From Lama guanicoe (taxonomy: Eukaryota), in NCBI GenBank assembly GCA_013239625.1, contig MU054187.1:10437231-10501230 (forward strand): a stretch of 64,000 bases of DNA, written 5' to 3'. A program made the translations under genes and the position numbers. Every line of letters starts with the position of its first letter. Position 1 is the first letter of the stretch. Shown piece after piece: positions 10,651-24,953 of the stretch. The notes under the pieces were generated by a model. It did no database searches. It saw nothing but the letters and a program-made list of their open reading frames with translations, and was not told the origin of the DNA.

Positions 10651-13600
10651 GAGGCAATGAATAGAACTCTTCAGAAATTTTTATAGGGAGGAGAGAAATA
10701 AGGTGTAGCTGGAGGTACGTGAGTTAGGGGAGGAGTTTTAAACGAAGTGATAGATGGGGAAGGCTAAGTGGGGGGATGGTACCCTCCGAGGATGACATTC
10801 TTCTGAGGCCAATCACAGACAAAAACTGGCTGTTTATTTTACTGGGATAGTTGCAGGTTAAGTTTCCATACTGGGAAAGTGATTATCCATTACATGTTAG
10901 ATTATGGCTGTAAGGATGATTTGGGGTTAATCAGGCTAGTGTGGAGATGACCACATCTAGAAGAACTTCAGAGTCTTGCTAAAGTAATCCTATCCAAATG
11001 TGTATTTAATTTTCTATGCCATAAACATTGTTTCTAAAACTAAAATATGGCTTATGAAAACTGAATTTTGGCCTTTTAGGCACAATATATTCTAAAATCT
11101 TTGTATTAGTATGATAGAATTAATTATATGCTTCTGGACACCTTGTACTTACTTATGACTAAATTGCCACAAAAATTAAGTGGAAGTAACTGAAGGATTA
11201 AGCATGAAGTATAAACTAAATTAATATCTTTAGAATTACTTCTTGTCCAAGACTCATAATTGTACATTAGCTCCAGGGTGTCTATAATATTTTTTGTACT
11301 GGTGTCACCTACAGTCATCTATCAGAAGCGAGAGGAGTAAAGGAAATGCCAGGATCAATTTTACTTGTAAATGAAGAACAATCTGATGCTCAGAATTCTC
11401 TACTTAACAAGATTGCCGTGCAATCAAGCACCCTTTCCATTTTTTTCAGTGCTGTTATCTTTTAATGAACTTCAGCATCAGATTTGATGGATTAGTTTAC
11501 TTGGGCCAATACTAGTATTGAAAGGGCAAGGAAGCCAAAATGACCTCCCTCTGAAATATGACCAGGGGAGCGCTCTTCCCGTAAAGAGAGAGCCTTGGAT
11601 TTTCTTTTAGTCCAGGAGTTGTCCTGCTCTGGGCCTGACCAAGGGAAACCTACTGTGCACTGTGCTTTGGCTCTCTGAACCATGTGATAATGGATTCTAA
11701 CCACACCAATTCATGCATATGAAATAAATTGAACAGCTGAGCTGGTTTACCACTCAGCCTCTTCTCTCTATCTTCTTTTCTCCCAACTCCTTTTTATTGG
11801 ATACTTCAACCTCATTAGTATTTCAGGAAAAAACTGGACCCTGTCCACCATTTTGGTTGTTGCTTTCCTTTTCCTGGCAGACAGAGCCTAAAGTTTCAAT
11901 AGAGGAAGTAGGGAGCGGTACAACACATTCAGAGTTTATGAAAGACCTTATTTACCATCAAAGTGAAGGTTTCCAGATACTCCAACTCTGTTTTCTTATG
12001 CTTTTAAGTCTTTGATGAGGAATTAAGAACTCCAGCCAGGGCTACAGAAGACACGGAGAGGCGCCTGGCAGAAGGCACTACATGGTGTCCTGAAGCTGTT
12101 CATTAATTATAAATGATGTTGAAGGGTAGACCGAGGAGCAGAAGAGTGAGTAGAAACTATTAATACCTTAATAATTTCTGAATGAGCACTTCTCAGAGAG
12201 ATCTGAACCTGTGCATTTAAATGAGTATTTTCCTGGTGGCTTCTATTGCCCTTCAAAAAAAAATTTGGCAAAACATTCTCTAGTGGGTTGTGCATAGACT
12301 TGCTTTTTGATAGAAAAGAATTGCATAAACAGTCCTCCAACTGGGGAGACTTGGTAAGAGAGAACTATTATTTCATCTAGGAGAACACCTGATGGAAGGC
12401 ATGATGTACTTACTTACTTTTTAACGTTAGAGAAGGGGGCAGGCTGGGGAGGAGGAAACACATTCATTCCTTGCTGCCTGCAGCACATTGTGAAAAGGTT
12501 CAAGCACGTTTGATTTTCCCATTCATTCCCGGGTGTGTGTTTCCTAAGTCTTCTGTCGGTTTCTTTTGTTTATTGTTTACTAGGTGCTGTGAGGTCTGCT
12601 CTTTAATGTGCCTTGTCCTTTGTTCTTCTGCCACGGGGTGTGAAGACATTTACTTATTTGTCCTTTGCTCCTGCAACTTCTAAAGAGCCATGTGCAAAAG
12701 AAAGAGGAAAACTGAATCGTGTCCATCAGCCTCTCATACATCATTCAAAAAGCTGTGCCCCTAATATAAGAAGAAAAAGTACAGTCATGCTCTGTTTCGT
12801 TACAGAGGGGTGTCGTGATTCATCACAAACTACGCTCTAAAAAGACATCATTTGGAAACCTGATAATTATTTTAAGGTAAATAACATGGAAAGCATCTTA
12901 ACTTTTTGTTTTATTAATGCTTTCAACTGTTGGAACAGATGAACAGGCCACCTTGCATCAGAACCATTCACTTCCGTTTATTCAAATGTCATTAGGGTGA
13001 ATTATTTATAGCTGTTCTAGGTAGGAAAACAAAAGACTGAAAAATGTACATGGATAGCATCAAGACAAAAACATACATGGATTTGTTTGTTTGCTGGTTA
13101 AATTAATTGGAAATGTTTAGCACTCATGAGATCCTGGCTCTGTCTCCAAGTGAGAAAAGGCAATAAACATAAGCATTAAAATCAGGACATGCTCTGTTTC
13201 TCTCCATTTTCAAATCCTAAGAATCTGTATCTGTGTCTATGTATCTGTATCCATATATGTATTTGTGTCGACAAATCTTTTGACGAGCATTCAGTAACAT
13301 CTTTGTCTTCTCCATTAGTAACACTGTCTTGAATCATAGCCGCTCAGAAACAAAATTGGCACAAATATTCTTGCCTTTTGTTGAATTCACATTCCATTTT
13401 GATGTGGAAAAAAGAAGTCCCAAACATGGAAGGGCTCTCCCTCCAAACCAGCACAGTGTGAGGATGATGCTCATTGTATCTGGAGTTTATTGTATGGGGC
13501 CGGCTGTCACTTTCCCATAGTGTCTTCATTTATTATGCTAATTGACTTTCCAAGCGCCGGCAGGAGGGTATCTGCCTTGTGAAATATTCTCTGTTGAGGA

Positions 13601-13995
13601 TTGTTAAAAGCAAACCTGTTGTGTGCCTGAATAAAACCCCAAATCAATGTGTTTCTTTTCAAAGACGGGAGGGTCAATACCATGGTTGTTTTTGTTCCCA
13701 TCCAGTTATGTAACCGTGGGGACGTGTTTCTTTCAGGATTTGTACAAAACATATTAGCGCTAAACAATAGCCGGGAGTCCTAGGAGCAACCCTGGAGCTG
13801 TGTCTTGGAGTATGTCCTCCTAGGTTTGGGAATCTCCAATTAGTTCCATCTCCAGGGCTGACTCTGTGCGTGCATGTGTGCGTATGTGTGTTTAGTTAGC
13901 TGGCACGCAACACACTTCCCCAGGGTTGTGCTTCCTTTTTCCTGAGATTTGGCGAAGGGTAAAGGGTCGGAGTCACATGGATACAAAGCATTTGA

Positions 13996-14703
<708 letters not shown>

Positions 14704-15000
14704 TAATTTTTCCCCCTTCCCTTCCTCCCCTCCGGATTTTGTTTGAAGACTTTGACTTGGTGATTAAAGTCTGTCTGCTGCATTCAGGTACATTTAGTTA
14801 AAAAAGAATTTTGATTCTTCTGAAGCTTGAGTTTATTGTTCAGATTGCATGGCAGTGAAGTCCCTTCAGTTATAATAATCTTTGAAGCGTAGGGTTCTGG
14901 TGGGGGGTACAGAGGGAGCAGCGAGGTTGTGATCTCTGGCAGCTGTTGGATATTAAAGCCACATGTGGTGCTCACCCCATCCCAGTCCTACTGTCCCCAA

Positions 15001-15017
15001 CCCCCCCCCCCCCCCCC
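15001..15017. repeat. C17 homopolymer
   Basis: Direct reading. Confidence 0.95.
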
Positions 15018-16174
15018 AGTTTAAATCTGCTGTTTAAATCTCCGCACCCCCGCCTCCCCTCAGGTTCAGCTCCTGGACCCCCTGATCACACAGAGCCCAG
15101 GAAAAGCAGTGTAATAAACCCCCCATCACACAACTTTGAGATTTCCTAGAACTGGCAGGAACTCTGTTACGGGATTTCAACTTGACTCACTGGAAATCTG
15201 CTTTGAAAATATTTCATTCATTTTAGGACCAGGAGGGGCAAAGCTGAGTGAAAGAAACTTCTTAGACATCACTCAAAACTTGAGTTTTTTTCTATTCATT
15301 GCTACAAAGACCCAGAGTTTGAGAATTGGCTCCTCTCCACCCAGATGCTCTGGAGAGCATCACTCAGAGACTGAGGACTTTAGTCTTTGCTAAAAGCTCC
15401 TTCAAATCTTCGAACCTCCTCCCACCACCCTATTCCATAACCCCTTGGTCTGAAGGGAAGTGTCTCAAAGGCCAAACTTCCTGCTCAGTCTTCTGAAAGA
15501 GGTAAACTTTCTGCTGTAATTGTGATAGAGGAAATTCACTTCTTGGCTCTGGCAAAAAGGAAAGAACCCTGTCACAAGGGTTGTGAGATGCACAGGTTAG
15601 CTTCTGGTTGACTTCTCGAAGTAAAATCAATATACTTGAGCCACCAGGGGCCACATTCTTTGGAAATGCGGGTCTTCGAGAGTACACTGGTGATCAATAG
15701 AACTGTGTACACGTCCATGTAGCAGCGCCAGAAAAGCATGTTTTTAAGGAGATTTGACTTTTAATAGCTTCAGATTTGGCTTTCATGAAACTTTGTTGGC
15801 GAGCCAGTCTTCGGCTCTCGAAGAATCTGAGTCACTTCTCAAGTTGCAGTAGTTACTCCTTTCTGGAGGATTATGACAGAAGTACTAAGCAAAAAAGCCT
15901 TAATTTACAGAAATAGATAGCTAACCTAACCTATCTTAAAAACCAATTTGTTGATCTTTCTTTAAAATATCATCAGTTTTTCCTCTAATCTTAACACCTG
16001 ATGAGTGGAATTGATAGTAGGATATAGAGTTAGAAAACTTACGGGATGTATAAAATAAATTGCATTTTACTCTTTACAAGTAGGTCATTTTATGATTTCA
16101 TTCTTCTTATCTCATTCAGAGATGATGGACTCTCACTTTTCCTTTCCTTTGTCCATTATTTGTACATGTACATG

Positions 16175-16176
<2 letters not shown>

Positions 16177-16216
<40 letters not shown>
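16177..16216. repeat. (CA)20 microsatellite
   Basis: Direct reading. Confidence 0.95.
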
Positions 16217-16218
<2 letters not shown>

Positions 16219-17958
16219 CATAAGTGCGCTGATTGGCCTGAAAGTCATCCTGAACAGAAGTTTCCCCTGACTTCCTTTTTGTTTTATTACCGTTCAAAGC
16301 GCAAGATCTGCTTAGAATACTTGACTAGATTTCCTCTTGGAAGTATTACTTATAGCAACATTTGGGTATTATTTATTATGGCGACATTTAATTCCCATCT
16401 ATTTCACTTGGTCACCTTCAATTGATAGAGTCAATCCAGTTTTAATTTTAGCCTGAACTGATATGTACCAAGAGCTTTAAAAATATTCAAACCCTTTGGC
16501 CTGGTAATTCCTTTTCTAGGAGTCCTTCCTAAGGGAATGGTCAGAAATGCAGACAAACAAAAGAAGTTTTTTTTTTTTAAATAGCTGTAGTGTTAAATAA
16601 GTGCACTGGTAAATTTGTTGCAAAAATTTGATAATGAATTCTTAGGTCAAATTTAAATATTTGTTATATTAGTTATTGTTTTCGGTTTCTGTCAATGCTT
16701 CATCAGCGTGGATGAAGGGTAACTCTTATCTTGATTACAAAGAGATGAAAAGCGTGTTTTTAGTTTTACCAAGAACGTATTTTTATTTACATGCCCAGAA
16801 AGAAGCAAACAAAATAGCATTATTTCCCTTGACTAAATGAGCATAGGGCCTGAGGGAAAACTTTTTTTTAGTAAGATGATTTCTCATCTCCAGCCTTTGG
16901 CCTCTTAAAGAGACAACACATCTCCCCCCCAGATAGTCCAGAAACATTGCCTTTTTTCTCCATCCCTAGTGTCAGTCTCTGCGCACCTTCTCTCTGGTGA
17001 CCACCCCAGCAGACGCTTCTTGATTGAATGACGCTCTGTCCTTGAAGTTTGCTGCTGTCCTTTAGAGTGGCTCACTCTCCCCACTGGGTGCCAAGGCGGC
17101 CGTGCTTTCTCCAGCCTCTTGCCCTTACCTACCTGCTGGGCTCCTACTGCACTTTTACGGCTCCATCATCTCCTTCAGCCAAACTTGTATGGTCCCATCC
17201 CTCTCTCCGGCCCAGGCCAGAGTGCTCACTGCTCAGACCCACTCTTCCCTGCAGCCCCCGCTTCCCTGGCACCAAAGGAAGCGACTGTAGAGGTGTCTCA
17301 TTCTCCTAGAATGCAAGCTTCTTGAAGACAGGGCCTCATTTTACTCATTTGTGTTTCCCCAGACTTTTGTGCAGTACTTGTGATACTGTAAGTACTTGGT
17401 AACTGCTTCCTGAATGAGTGAATGACTGAATCAGCGAACTGACCCGTCTTCTCACCTCCCACCCCATTTTTAAGGACAGTTCCTCAATCATCCTGAAACT
17501 TCTGATTTTGGTTTGTTTTTTCCTTTTGGTCTGTACAGACGGTGGAAGTTACTTAAGTTTTGCTTAGGCAGTTTGTATTATGTAACAAAAAGTTTTAAGT
17601 TAAACAGGTAGTACCTGCATTTAAAACAGAAACATAATTTAAATCAGGCATTGAGGTATTAAAGACTTTGTCACACACTATTATTTCAATTTGTTATAGT
17701 CTAAAATTTCACTTGAGACCATAGATAGATTACATTATCTGGATTAATTATTTTTAGGTTCATAAATAAAATGGTAGAGAGTGATGGAATTTGTTTGAAC
17801 TTATTTTCTTGTTTTCCTTGGGAAATGAAATTTTGTGCTTTATTAGGAATATTCTAAAACATTAGAAAAAATGCTTTAATGGACCTAATATCCAGTATTT
17901 GATGTCCAGAGTCTGGACAATAGTAAGTTGTAACCGGTTTCCAGGAGAAAGGACAGAA

Positions 17959-18250
17959 CAGGGCCGACTTCAAGGGTGTATCCTATACCGTTGCACAGGG
18001 CCGCCCACTTCGAAGGACCTCAAGCTTGGTTTAATGCTCCACCATCACCATCTTGAAATTCTTGCTAATTTCATCTTTGAACTTGTGCTTTGCAAGTGAA
18101 GGCCAGTGGGACATGGGGGTGTGAGCAGAGCAGATACATGAAAGAAAGAAAACAGCTTTAGACCTCAGTACCTTCCATAGCACTTTGTTTCTTACTTTTT
18201 GAACAAAAGGGCCCTCTGTTTTAATTCTACACTGGGCCTAGAAAGTCCGT
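17959..18250. mobile_element. MER91-like hAT-Tip100 DNA transposon
   Basis: 'cagggccgacttc..cacagggcc..ttggtttaatgctc..catcttgaaattctt..tttgaacaa..gggcc..acactgggcc'. Confidence 0.65.
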
Positions 18251-18287
18251 GTAGACACATTTGGCTGCAGCAAGTGGCGTTGAGGCA

Positions 18288-18415
18288 GGTTGATCATATA
18301 ATTTTCCTTTAAATTGGGACACTTCTGAGATGAAAGAGAATTATTAACAATTACACTGGGAGACAGATGTAAACTAGGATTGTTGCTGGCCAATCAGAAA
18401 GCAAGGTTATTCCCC
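18288..18415. mobile_element. MER81-like hAT-Blackjack fragment
   Basis: 'gatcatataattt..aaattgggacacttctgaga..ttattaacaattacactggga'. Confidence 0.5.
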
Positions 18416-18499
18416 ATTGTAGGCGCATTACGACAAAGACTATGTGTCTTGTCATAAACAAAAGATGTTTGAAATTTGTTGCTTGTCCAGGCTTTGATC

Positions 18500-18690
18500 T
18501 TAGATACCCCAGAATCTGGGTCCTGTCTCTAATTTACTGTGTAACTTCGGACATATTCCTAAACTTTTCAAGCCCCATTTTCTTCACTTATAAAATGGGG
18601 AAACAATAGCATTTCTTAAAGTTGCTTTGAGGATGGGATGATGTGGCCTCTGGGATCGGCCCAGTGTCTGGCTCACAGGAGGCCCTATAA
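18500..18690 (+). mobile_element. MIR SINE
   Basis: 'ctgtgtaacttcggac..ttttcttcacttataaaatggggaaacaatag..cccagtgtctggctcacag'. Confidence 0.65.
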
Positions 18691-20869
18691 AGAGTCACAG
18701 TTGTTCCGTCTGACTCGACAGTTGTTATACAGAGCCATGCGTGTTGCTCATGCTGGTGTATGGTTCTTGTCTCTGTTATATTCTCTTCTGCCTTTCTTCT
18801 GTGTCTCTGAGTCTCTTCTTTGTTTTCTCTCTATGTCTTTCCCTTTGGTCCCTGAGGTCCTTCCTTTGGTGATCTTGTAAATGCCTTGTTGGCCGTAAGA
18901 CAGGGACAGGAGGTTGCATTCTGTGTAACACAGCCAGCATCAGTATGGTGCTCTACAGTTTACACCAAACAATTGCATATTTCTTATCTGATTTGGCTTC
19001 ATATATGTGTTTCTCTCAGATCTTTCGAATGGTGCTCTTTAGAGCTCCCAGGCTCTGGGGTTTGGCTTCACGGGCCTCTGGAGAGGGTCAGGGGGAGCTG
19101 AATGGTATGTCTCCAGGCTCCCCATCCTGGCATCTCCTGGCACAGCCTGACTTTCTTCTGATTTGTGGTTTTGCTAAAGGAGTTGGACAAACCACTTATC
19201 TGGATGGTAAACTCCCAGAGAATAGAGATGGTACATTTACTTCCTCTGTATGCTTTTCTCGGCCTCATCACGGTGCTTTGTAAATAGCAGGTGCTCAAGA
19301 AAACAAATAGGCAGATAAAGCAAAGGCAAACCAAACGGTTTGAACAAATCTGAAAACAGCCTCTTTCAGTCGTAATCTAACGTTTCTGGGCAAAGGTGAA
19401 TTGATTCAACACGTCATACTCAGGCTTATGTTGCGGGTTGAGCTGTATCCCCCTCAGAGTCATACATTGCATCCCTGACCCTCAGTGTACAAACAACCCC
19501 AGGACCACGTGGCAGTAATAAGAGGAATAAGCAGAGTGGCAGGGAGACAGCGAGGGACTCCCCCAGTGGGGGTCCAGGGAACTTCAGGGGAGAGGTGGTG
19601 AGAGAGCTGGTTCTGAAGGATGAGGAGGAATGTGCCAGGTTGGGAAGAGAATGATCCATCCTGAAGGAGGAGTGTGTTCCGGGGGACCGTGGCACAGCGT
19701 GCTGGGGTGCTGGCGTGACCTGGGTGCTCTGGGTGCTGAAACATTCTTCCTCTGCAGAGATAAACAGTCTGTATGCTTTGGGGGTGTTGGTAGGCGAGGA
19801 GGTAAGTTCAGCCCACTTTGAGAAGGCATCCATTCTTAAGAATTCTGACTTCAACTAAAGGCAATGGGAAATCAGTTGTGAGGGGACACTTGCCTTCTTA
19901 TTAATAACAAACAAGTCTGAGACCTCCAAGGGTGGCCCTGGGAAGGGGTCTCTTATGGGAAGAAGTTACCAGCCAAGAATCTATGAATCTGTGTCTCAGA
20001 CTTTCGCCTTGGGGTTCCTTCTCATTCTCTGTTTCCACCACCTCGTTGGCCCTCAGCGTACACTGCTGCTTCTGCAGTCCACACAAGCGTGCAGAGAAGA
20101 CCTGTCCATGCAGCTCTTAATCTGGGATAGGTTGTAACCTTCAAAAAGTTGCAACTATTTACTAAGGGAGGGTTCAGGCCAGTAATCCCGGAAGCGACAT
20201 GAAGCGTAAACATGGTCTAGCTTGTGCAATGCAGATTTCTGCTCCTACCGAAGTGGTCTTCTCTCAGCATCTGCTGACGCTGCCCGCTTTTTATCCGAAG
20301 CCCTGAGGCAGCTCCTGTTTGAGCGTCCTGCCTGGACGCCACTCCTGGCCTGACTTGACTGTGTTCTTTTTTTCCTAGTCATGAACCCAAATGTGTATTC
20401 ATGAGGATGGCACCAGGAAGCAGCCCTTAAGATGTCTTGACTCTGGTAATGAGTGTGCTGTGGATTAAATGAGTCTCTTTCATAATTCCGATTTTTGGAG
20501 AGTTCCTCATGTGGCCAGAACCTACTCTCTGCACAGAGGGATGTGTCTTTAGTCTTACAGCTTCATCTGCATAATTAGACCATATTATATTATGATAACA
20601 TTAATATGAGTAGTATTTATGGAGATTAGTTTTGTTTCTTAGCAAGAGAATTCAGTCAACAGGATTGAGGAACCAAGATTGAAGTCTGGTTACCCATTAG
20701 GCATTCTGTCATTTCATTGGTCCAGGTAAGAACTGTGGAATGTCTGATCTAAGGTGAAGATAAAAAAACAAATCCAAACAAAACTCAAACAAAATCAGCC
20801 CAAACCACAAAAAGCCAAATGGCCGACAATCATGAGACATTTCTTGAGTAAAACCCTCAGTATTTACGT

Positions 20870-21660
20870 TCACTCAGAAGCGGAGGTTTAAGTAGAATGG
20901 AAAACGTTATGGTGGTTTCGAGCTTGAAGACAGGATGGGGACGGTCGTGAAGTCAGAAATGGAATGCGAGGGGCAGGACAGCATGGCGAGGAGGAGAAAA
21001 GTGAAGCTGGTTTTCGACTTGAGCTGCAAATGCTGCTATGATTTTTGAGGATAATAATGTGGAATGTAAGCAAGAATTTGGGGGCAAAAGTTAGAGGTCT
21101 AGAAAGTAACTAATCACGTATGTTGAAGCCGTCAGGTAGAAGAGATGATACAACAGAAATGACTTAAGGAAGAAAACATACTAACCAAGGGTGGATGTTA
21201 GGAAGCCGATGGTTAAAGTTTAGGGGATGAGGAGAGTGCACTGGTGATGTGGACTGAGCTGTCAAAGATTGAAACAGAGAACCAGGAGAGAGTGATCTCT
21301 TGAAAGCCAAGGAAGGAGCTGGTTCCTAGAAGAAAGTTTTCTTGAAACTGTCAGAGCTTTACAGAAGTTGATTGTGTGAAGATGGAAGAGGCCACTGGAT
21401 TTGGCAATTGGAACGTCAGAAGGGTTCTGACTTCGGGTGTGTGTGTGTGAGCAGGATTTTAAGGATGAGCTGGAAGACAAGACCTGAGTGGAAGGAAGCC
21501 GTGGAGATGAAGACTGATGGGAGAACTACTCAAGGAGTTTGGTGGTAAATGCACGGAGAGAAATAGGTGATGAACTTAAAGGGGTGATTTTGCCTAGGGA
21601 TGTTTGAGGGAGATGGGGATCGCCAAGGAGAAGGAGACAATAAAAAGGGAATGAAAGCAG
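20870..21660 (-). mobile_element. LINE-2 fragment
   Basis: Purine-rich L2-like text ('gagaaccaggagagagtgatctcttgaaagccaagg', 'ccactggatttggcaa'). Confidence 0.65.
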
Positions 21661-24169
21661 CTACAGGAGAGCGTGTGGAAGTCAAGTGCATCTTCTGGTA
21701 AATCTTGGTACGAGCCCCCATGGCACTGGGAGATAAGGAAGGCACTTGGCAAAATTCTCTGAGCCATCCTGCCGTTACAAACCCACAGCAAAACATCATT
21801 ACAGAGTCTAAGAATGAGCAAGCTGTCTCTTGTATGTTTTTTAAATCCTGCTGCTTCTTTAGTCTAGAGCTTGGGGAACTGCTGGGATGGCCTTTGCACC
21901 TCCCTGTGAATACTCCCCAGCAGCTCTGCCTCCCACACTGGGACAGTGGGGTGATGTGCACGGGTCAGGACATTGGCGCAGGGAGAATGATAATGACCTG
22001 GGTTAAAGTCTCGGTACTGAAATTTACACACGGTGTAACTTTAGACAAGTTACATAGCCTCTTTATGCCTAGTTACATGTTTGGAAAACACATTCGGTAA
22101 TATCTCAGAGGGCTGGCCTCAAATTTGAATCAGCTTCTCCCTTCCCAAATTCTGAGTGTGTCTCCTTCCCCTCTGACTCTGCTGCCTCACAGTTTGAGCC
22201 TGGCACTTACTAAGGCCAGCTAGCCTACTCCTGACCCCTTTCTCTTCCAATGCTTCCTTCATAGATAAAGAAAGCTCCCGAGGAGGCCAGACGGCCAAGG
22301 GAGGGATGGTCTCAGCACCAGGGAGGAATGTCTCCTTTGGGAGGAGAGAAGGATGGTAAGGCCAGGGTCCCCTTTGGGGGAGGGAAGTTGGAACCTCTTC
22401 CTGATCTCTGTGAAGTTGAGCTCTTATTTTCTTTGTGTTTTGTTTTATTTTTGTTTTGTGGTTTATATTTGCCTAGAGTGAGATGCCTTGAAGACAGTAA
22501 TAAAGATCTGGAACATACACTTTTAGGAAGGTTAAAGGGATTAAACATGGCCTTCTGAGTTTGGGTGTGTACTATCTTTGTATACAAATATATCTTTGTT
22601 TTAAAAAATGTGATTTTCTTAAATGCAGTATACAAATTTAGAAGTTAAAAGACAGAAGTAATTTCTGATTTGTCACCTCTCTTATGACTAGGTTAAAATC
22701 TTGAAAATAATGACACAATAATTTTTTAAATCCATGCTACAAGTTGTATAGAACTTATACATTACATTTAAGGCACATAGCAATCCTTGTACACACTTTA
22801 AAAAAGGAAACATTGGTTTATCTGACAACATTTTGGTCTGGTTTCATTTTTATCAGTACTTGTCTTTTTATTATTCTTTTACTATATGCCTGTTAGATTT
22901 TAATACCAGGTACAGTTGCTAAGCTTGAATTTTGAGTACAATTGATTTGACCTAAAAATAGTTGTTTTTGTTTTTATTAACTCTTTAAGAATCTTATTTG
23001 TAATACTTACTTTTCAAAATAGATGGAATTTAATTATTCTCAACTTAGTAAATGTTTCTTTGCTTGAAAATGCGGTCACTTTCCCAATGATTTTGAGTAT
23101 ACTCATTCAAATCCTGATGCATCTAATTAAAACTTTTTTCCCCTAATTTTTTCCCTATTCTCATGAATTATAGCATTTGCTTCATGAGTTCAGTGACTGT
23201 GATTTTAAGAAAATTGATATGTTAAGTTGGGATTCTGATATTTAAACACTCTAGTTAGTATAGATGATTTCAAACTTTGAATCCTTGAATAATTTTTTAA
23301 TTTCTACTTTTGCCTTATAGCTTAGTGTACAAAAAAAGACCTATTTTTTTTGGAGAATGTCTAAGCCAAGGACATGATGTTCTGTCGTTAATGCTAAATG
23401 CCTGCTTTCCATGAAAAGGCAAGCCCTTCATTTGAAAAGGTTAAATGGTGTAATACTTAAGAAATGACTCCAGCTAGTTAAATTTAGAAGACTGATATAA
23501 AACTATGTTTGGGGTTTATAGCAAAAGTATAACAATATAGAATATGAATGGGTAAGCATTTTTATTCACTGTAAAGCTCTCTGTCTCTGAGAAGGTCAGA
23601 TAAGGGTTGATATCTGTGTTTGACTTTGCCACTGTTGTGATTTTAATTATCTATTTAAATTGTCTTCTTGCCAGGAGGAAAGGCTTTGTAGCTGGTGGCA
23701 CATTTGCAGTGGTTGTGCAAGAAGCACTGATGTTTTCCTTTGATGCCTTGTAATGCCTCAACTTGGCCTTGCTGAAATGCTCCTTTAGAGTCTGGTTTTT
23801 TTCTTGTTTGAGACCATTGCCCCAAAGAAAGAAATCTTAAGATTCTGAAAATGACATCTCCTCTTCCAAAGTTTTATTTCTGGTGGTAGCACTAGGGGAA
23901 GAGCTATGGCAAGACAGTATTCACCTAACTGGTAGCCCCACACCCACACTTCCCAAGGTTATTTTAACAAGTCATTACTTTCCCAGAGGTGAAATGAGGG
24001 TAAAGGGGACTTCCGTTTTCTACGCTGTGTATCTATGTCGTGTTTGACTTTGTGTAGCTTCAATATGTATAGAAATGTTTTTTATTTGTATATTTTACAT
24101 TTTATGCATTTTTGGACTATTTTAGACACACTTTTGTTTCAATTTTTCTCACCCCTCTTAATAATGAGA

Positions 24170-24470
24170 CCTCTGGCAGAGACTTCTGATTGCCTGCAAT
24201 ATTTAATACTCTTTTCTTCTGTAATGATAAGTTTTAGCTCAGTACCTGATTGTCCAGCTGAAGACTACATTTCCCAGCCTCCCTTGCAGGTAAGTATGGG
24301 CATTTGTATAGGTTCTGGGTAACAGAGTGTGAGCGGAAGTGGTAAGGTGTTGTCTTACTATGAAAGAGTATTCACTACGACGTTGTCATGGCAGGTGATG
24401 GGGCAGCCATGTTGGACCATGAAATGGAAGCCACATGTTGAGGATGACAGAATAACAAAAAACAAGGAGT
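24170..24470 (+). mobile_element. MaLR LTR (MLT1I/J-like), sense to PREX2
   Basis: 'ccagctgaagactacatttcccagcctcccttgcag', 'gcagccatgttggaccatga', 'gaggatgacagaataacaa'. Confidence 0.75.
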
Positions 24471-24689
24471 CCATTGCTTTATTAAAGCAGTCTAAATCTG
24501 TAGCCTATCAAAAATGGTCCCAAAAGATAAATCAGTACTTATTTAACTCTGTGCTTGTCATCTTTTTTGAGATTTCCCATTTTGCTTCCAAGTTCTTATT
24601 GGTTTATGTAAATTATTAATGAATTGGCAAACTTTAATTTTTTTTGCCTTTGTCTTGTCAAACTGAGTAATCTTAATGTTTGACATATT

Positions 24690-24953
24690 TTTAAACATTT
24701 TTTAATTGAGTTATAGTCATTTTACAATGTTGTGTCAAATTCCAGTGTAGAGCACAATTTTCAGTTATATATGAACATACGTATATTCATTGGCACATTT
24801 TTGTTTGCTGTGAGCTACCGCAAGACCTTGTATATATTTCCCGTGCTATACAGTATAATCTTGTTTATCTATTCTGCATATGCCTGTCAGTATCTACAAA
24901 TTTTGAGCTCCCAGTCTGTCCCTCCCCCTTGGCAACCACAAGTTTGTGTTCTA
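24690..24953 (-). mobile_element. Young 5'-truncated L1 3' end (camelid-type)
   Basis: T-rich tail then 'attgagttatagtcattttacaatgttgtgtcaaattccagtgtagagcacaatttt..cccttggcaaccacaagtttgtgttctat'. Confidence 0.85.

Noticed and set aside
20700..20731. CAG|GTAAGA as a second recursive splice site
   Set aside because: The upstream pyrimidine tract is weak, and such motifs occur by chance in a 50-kb intron
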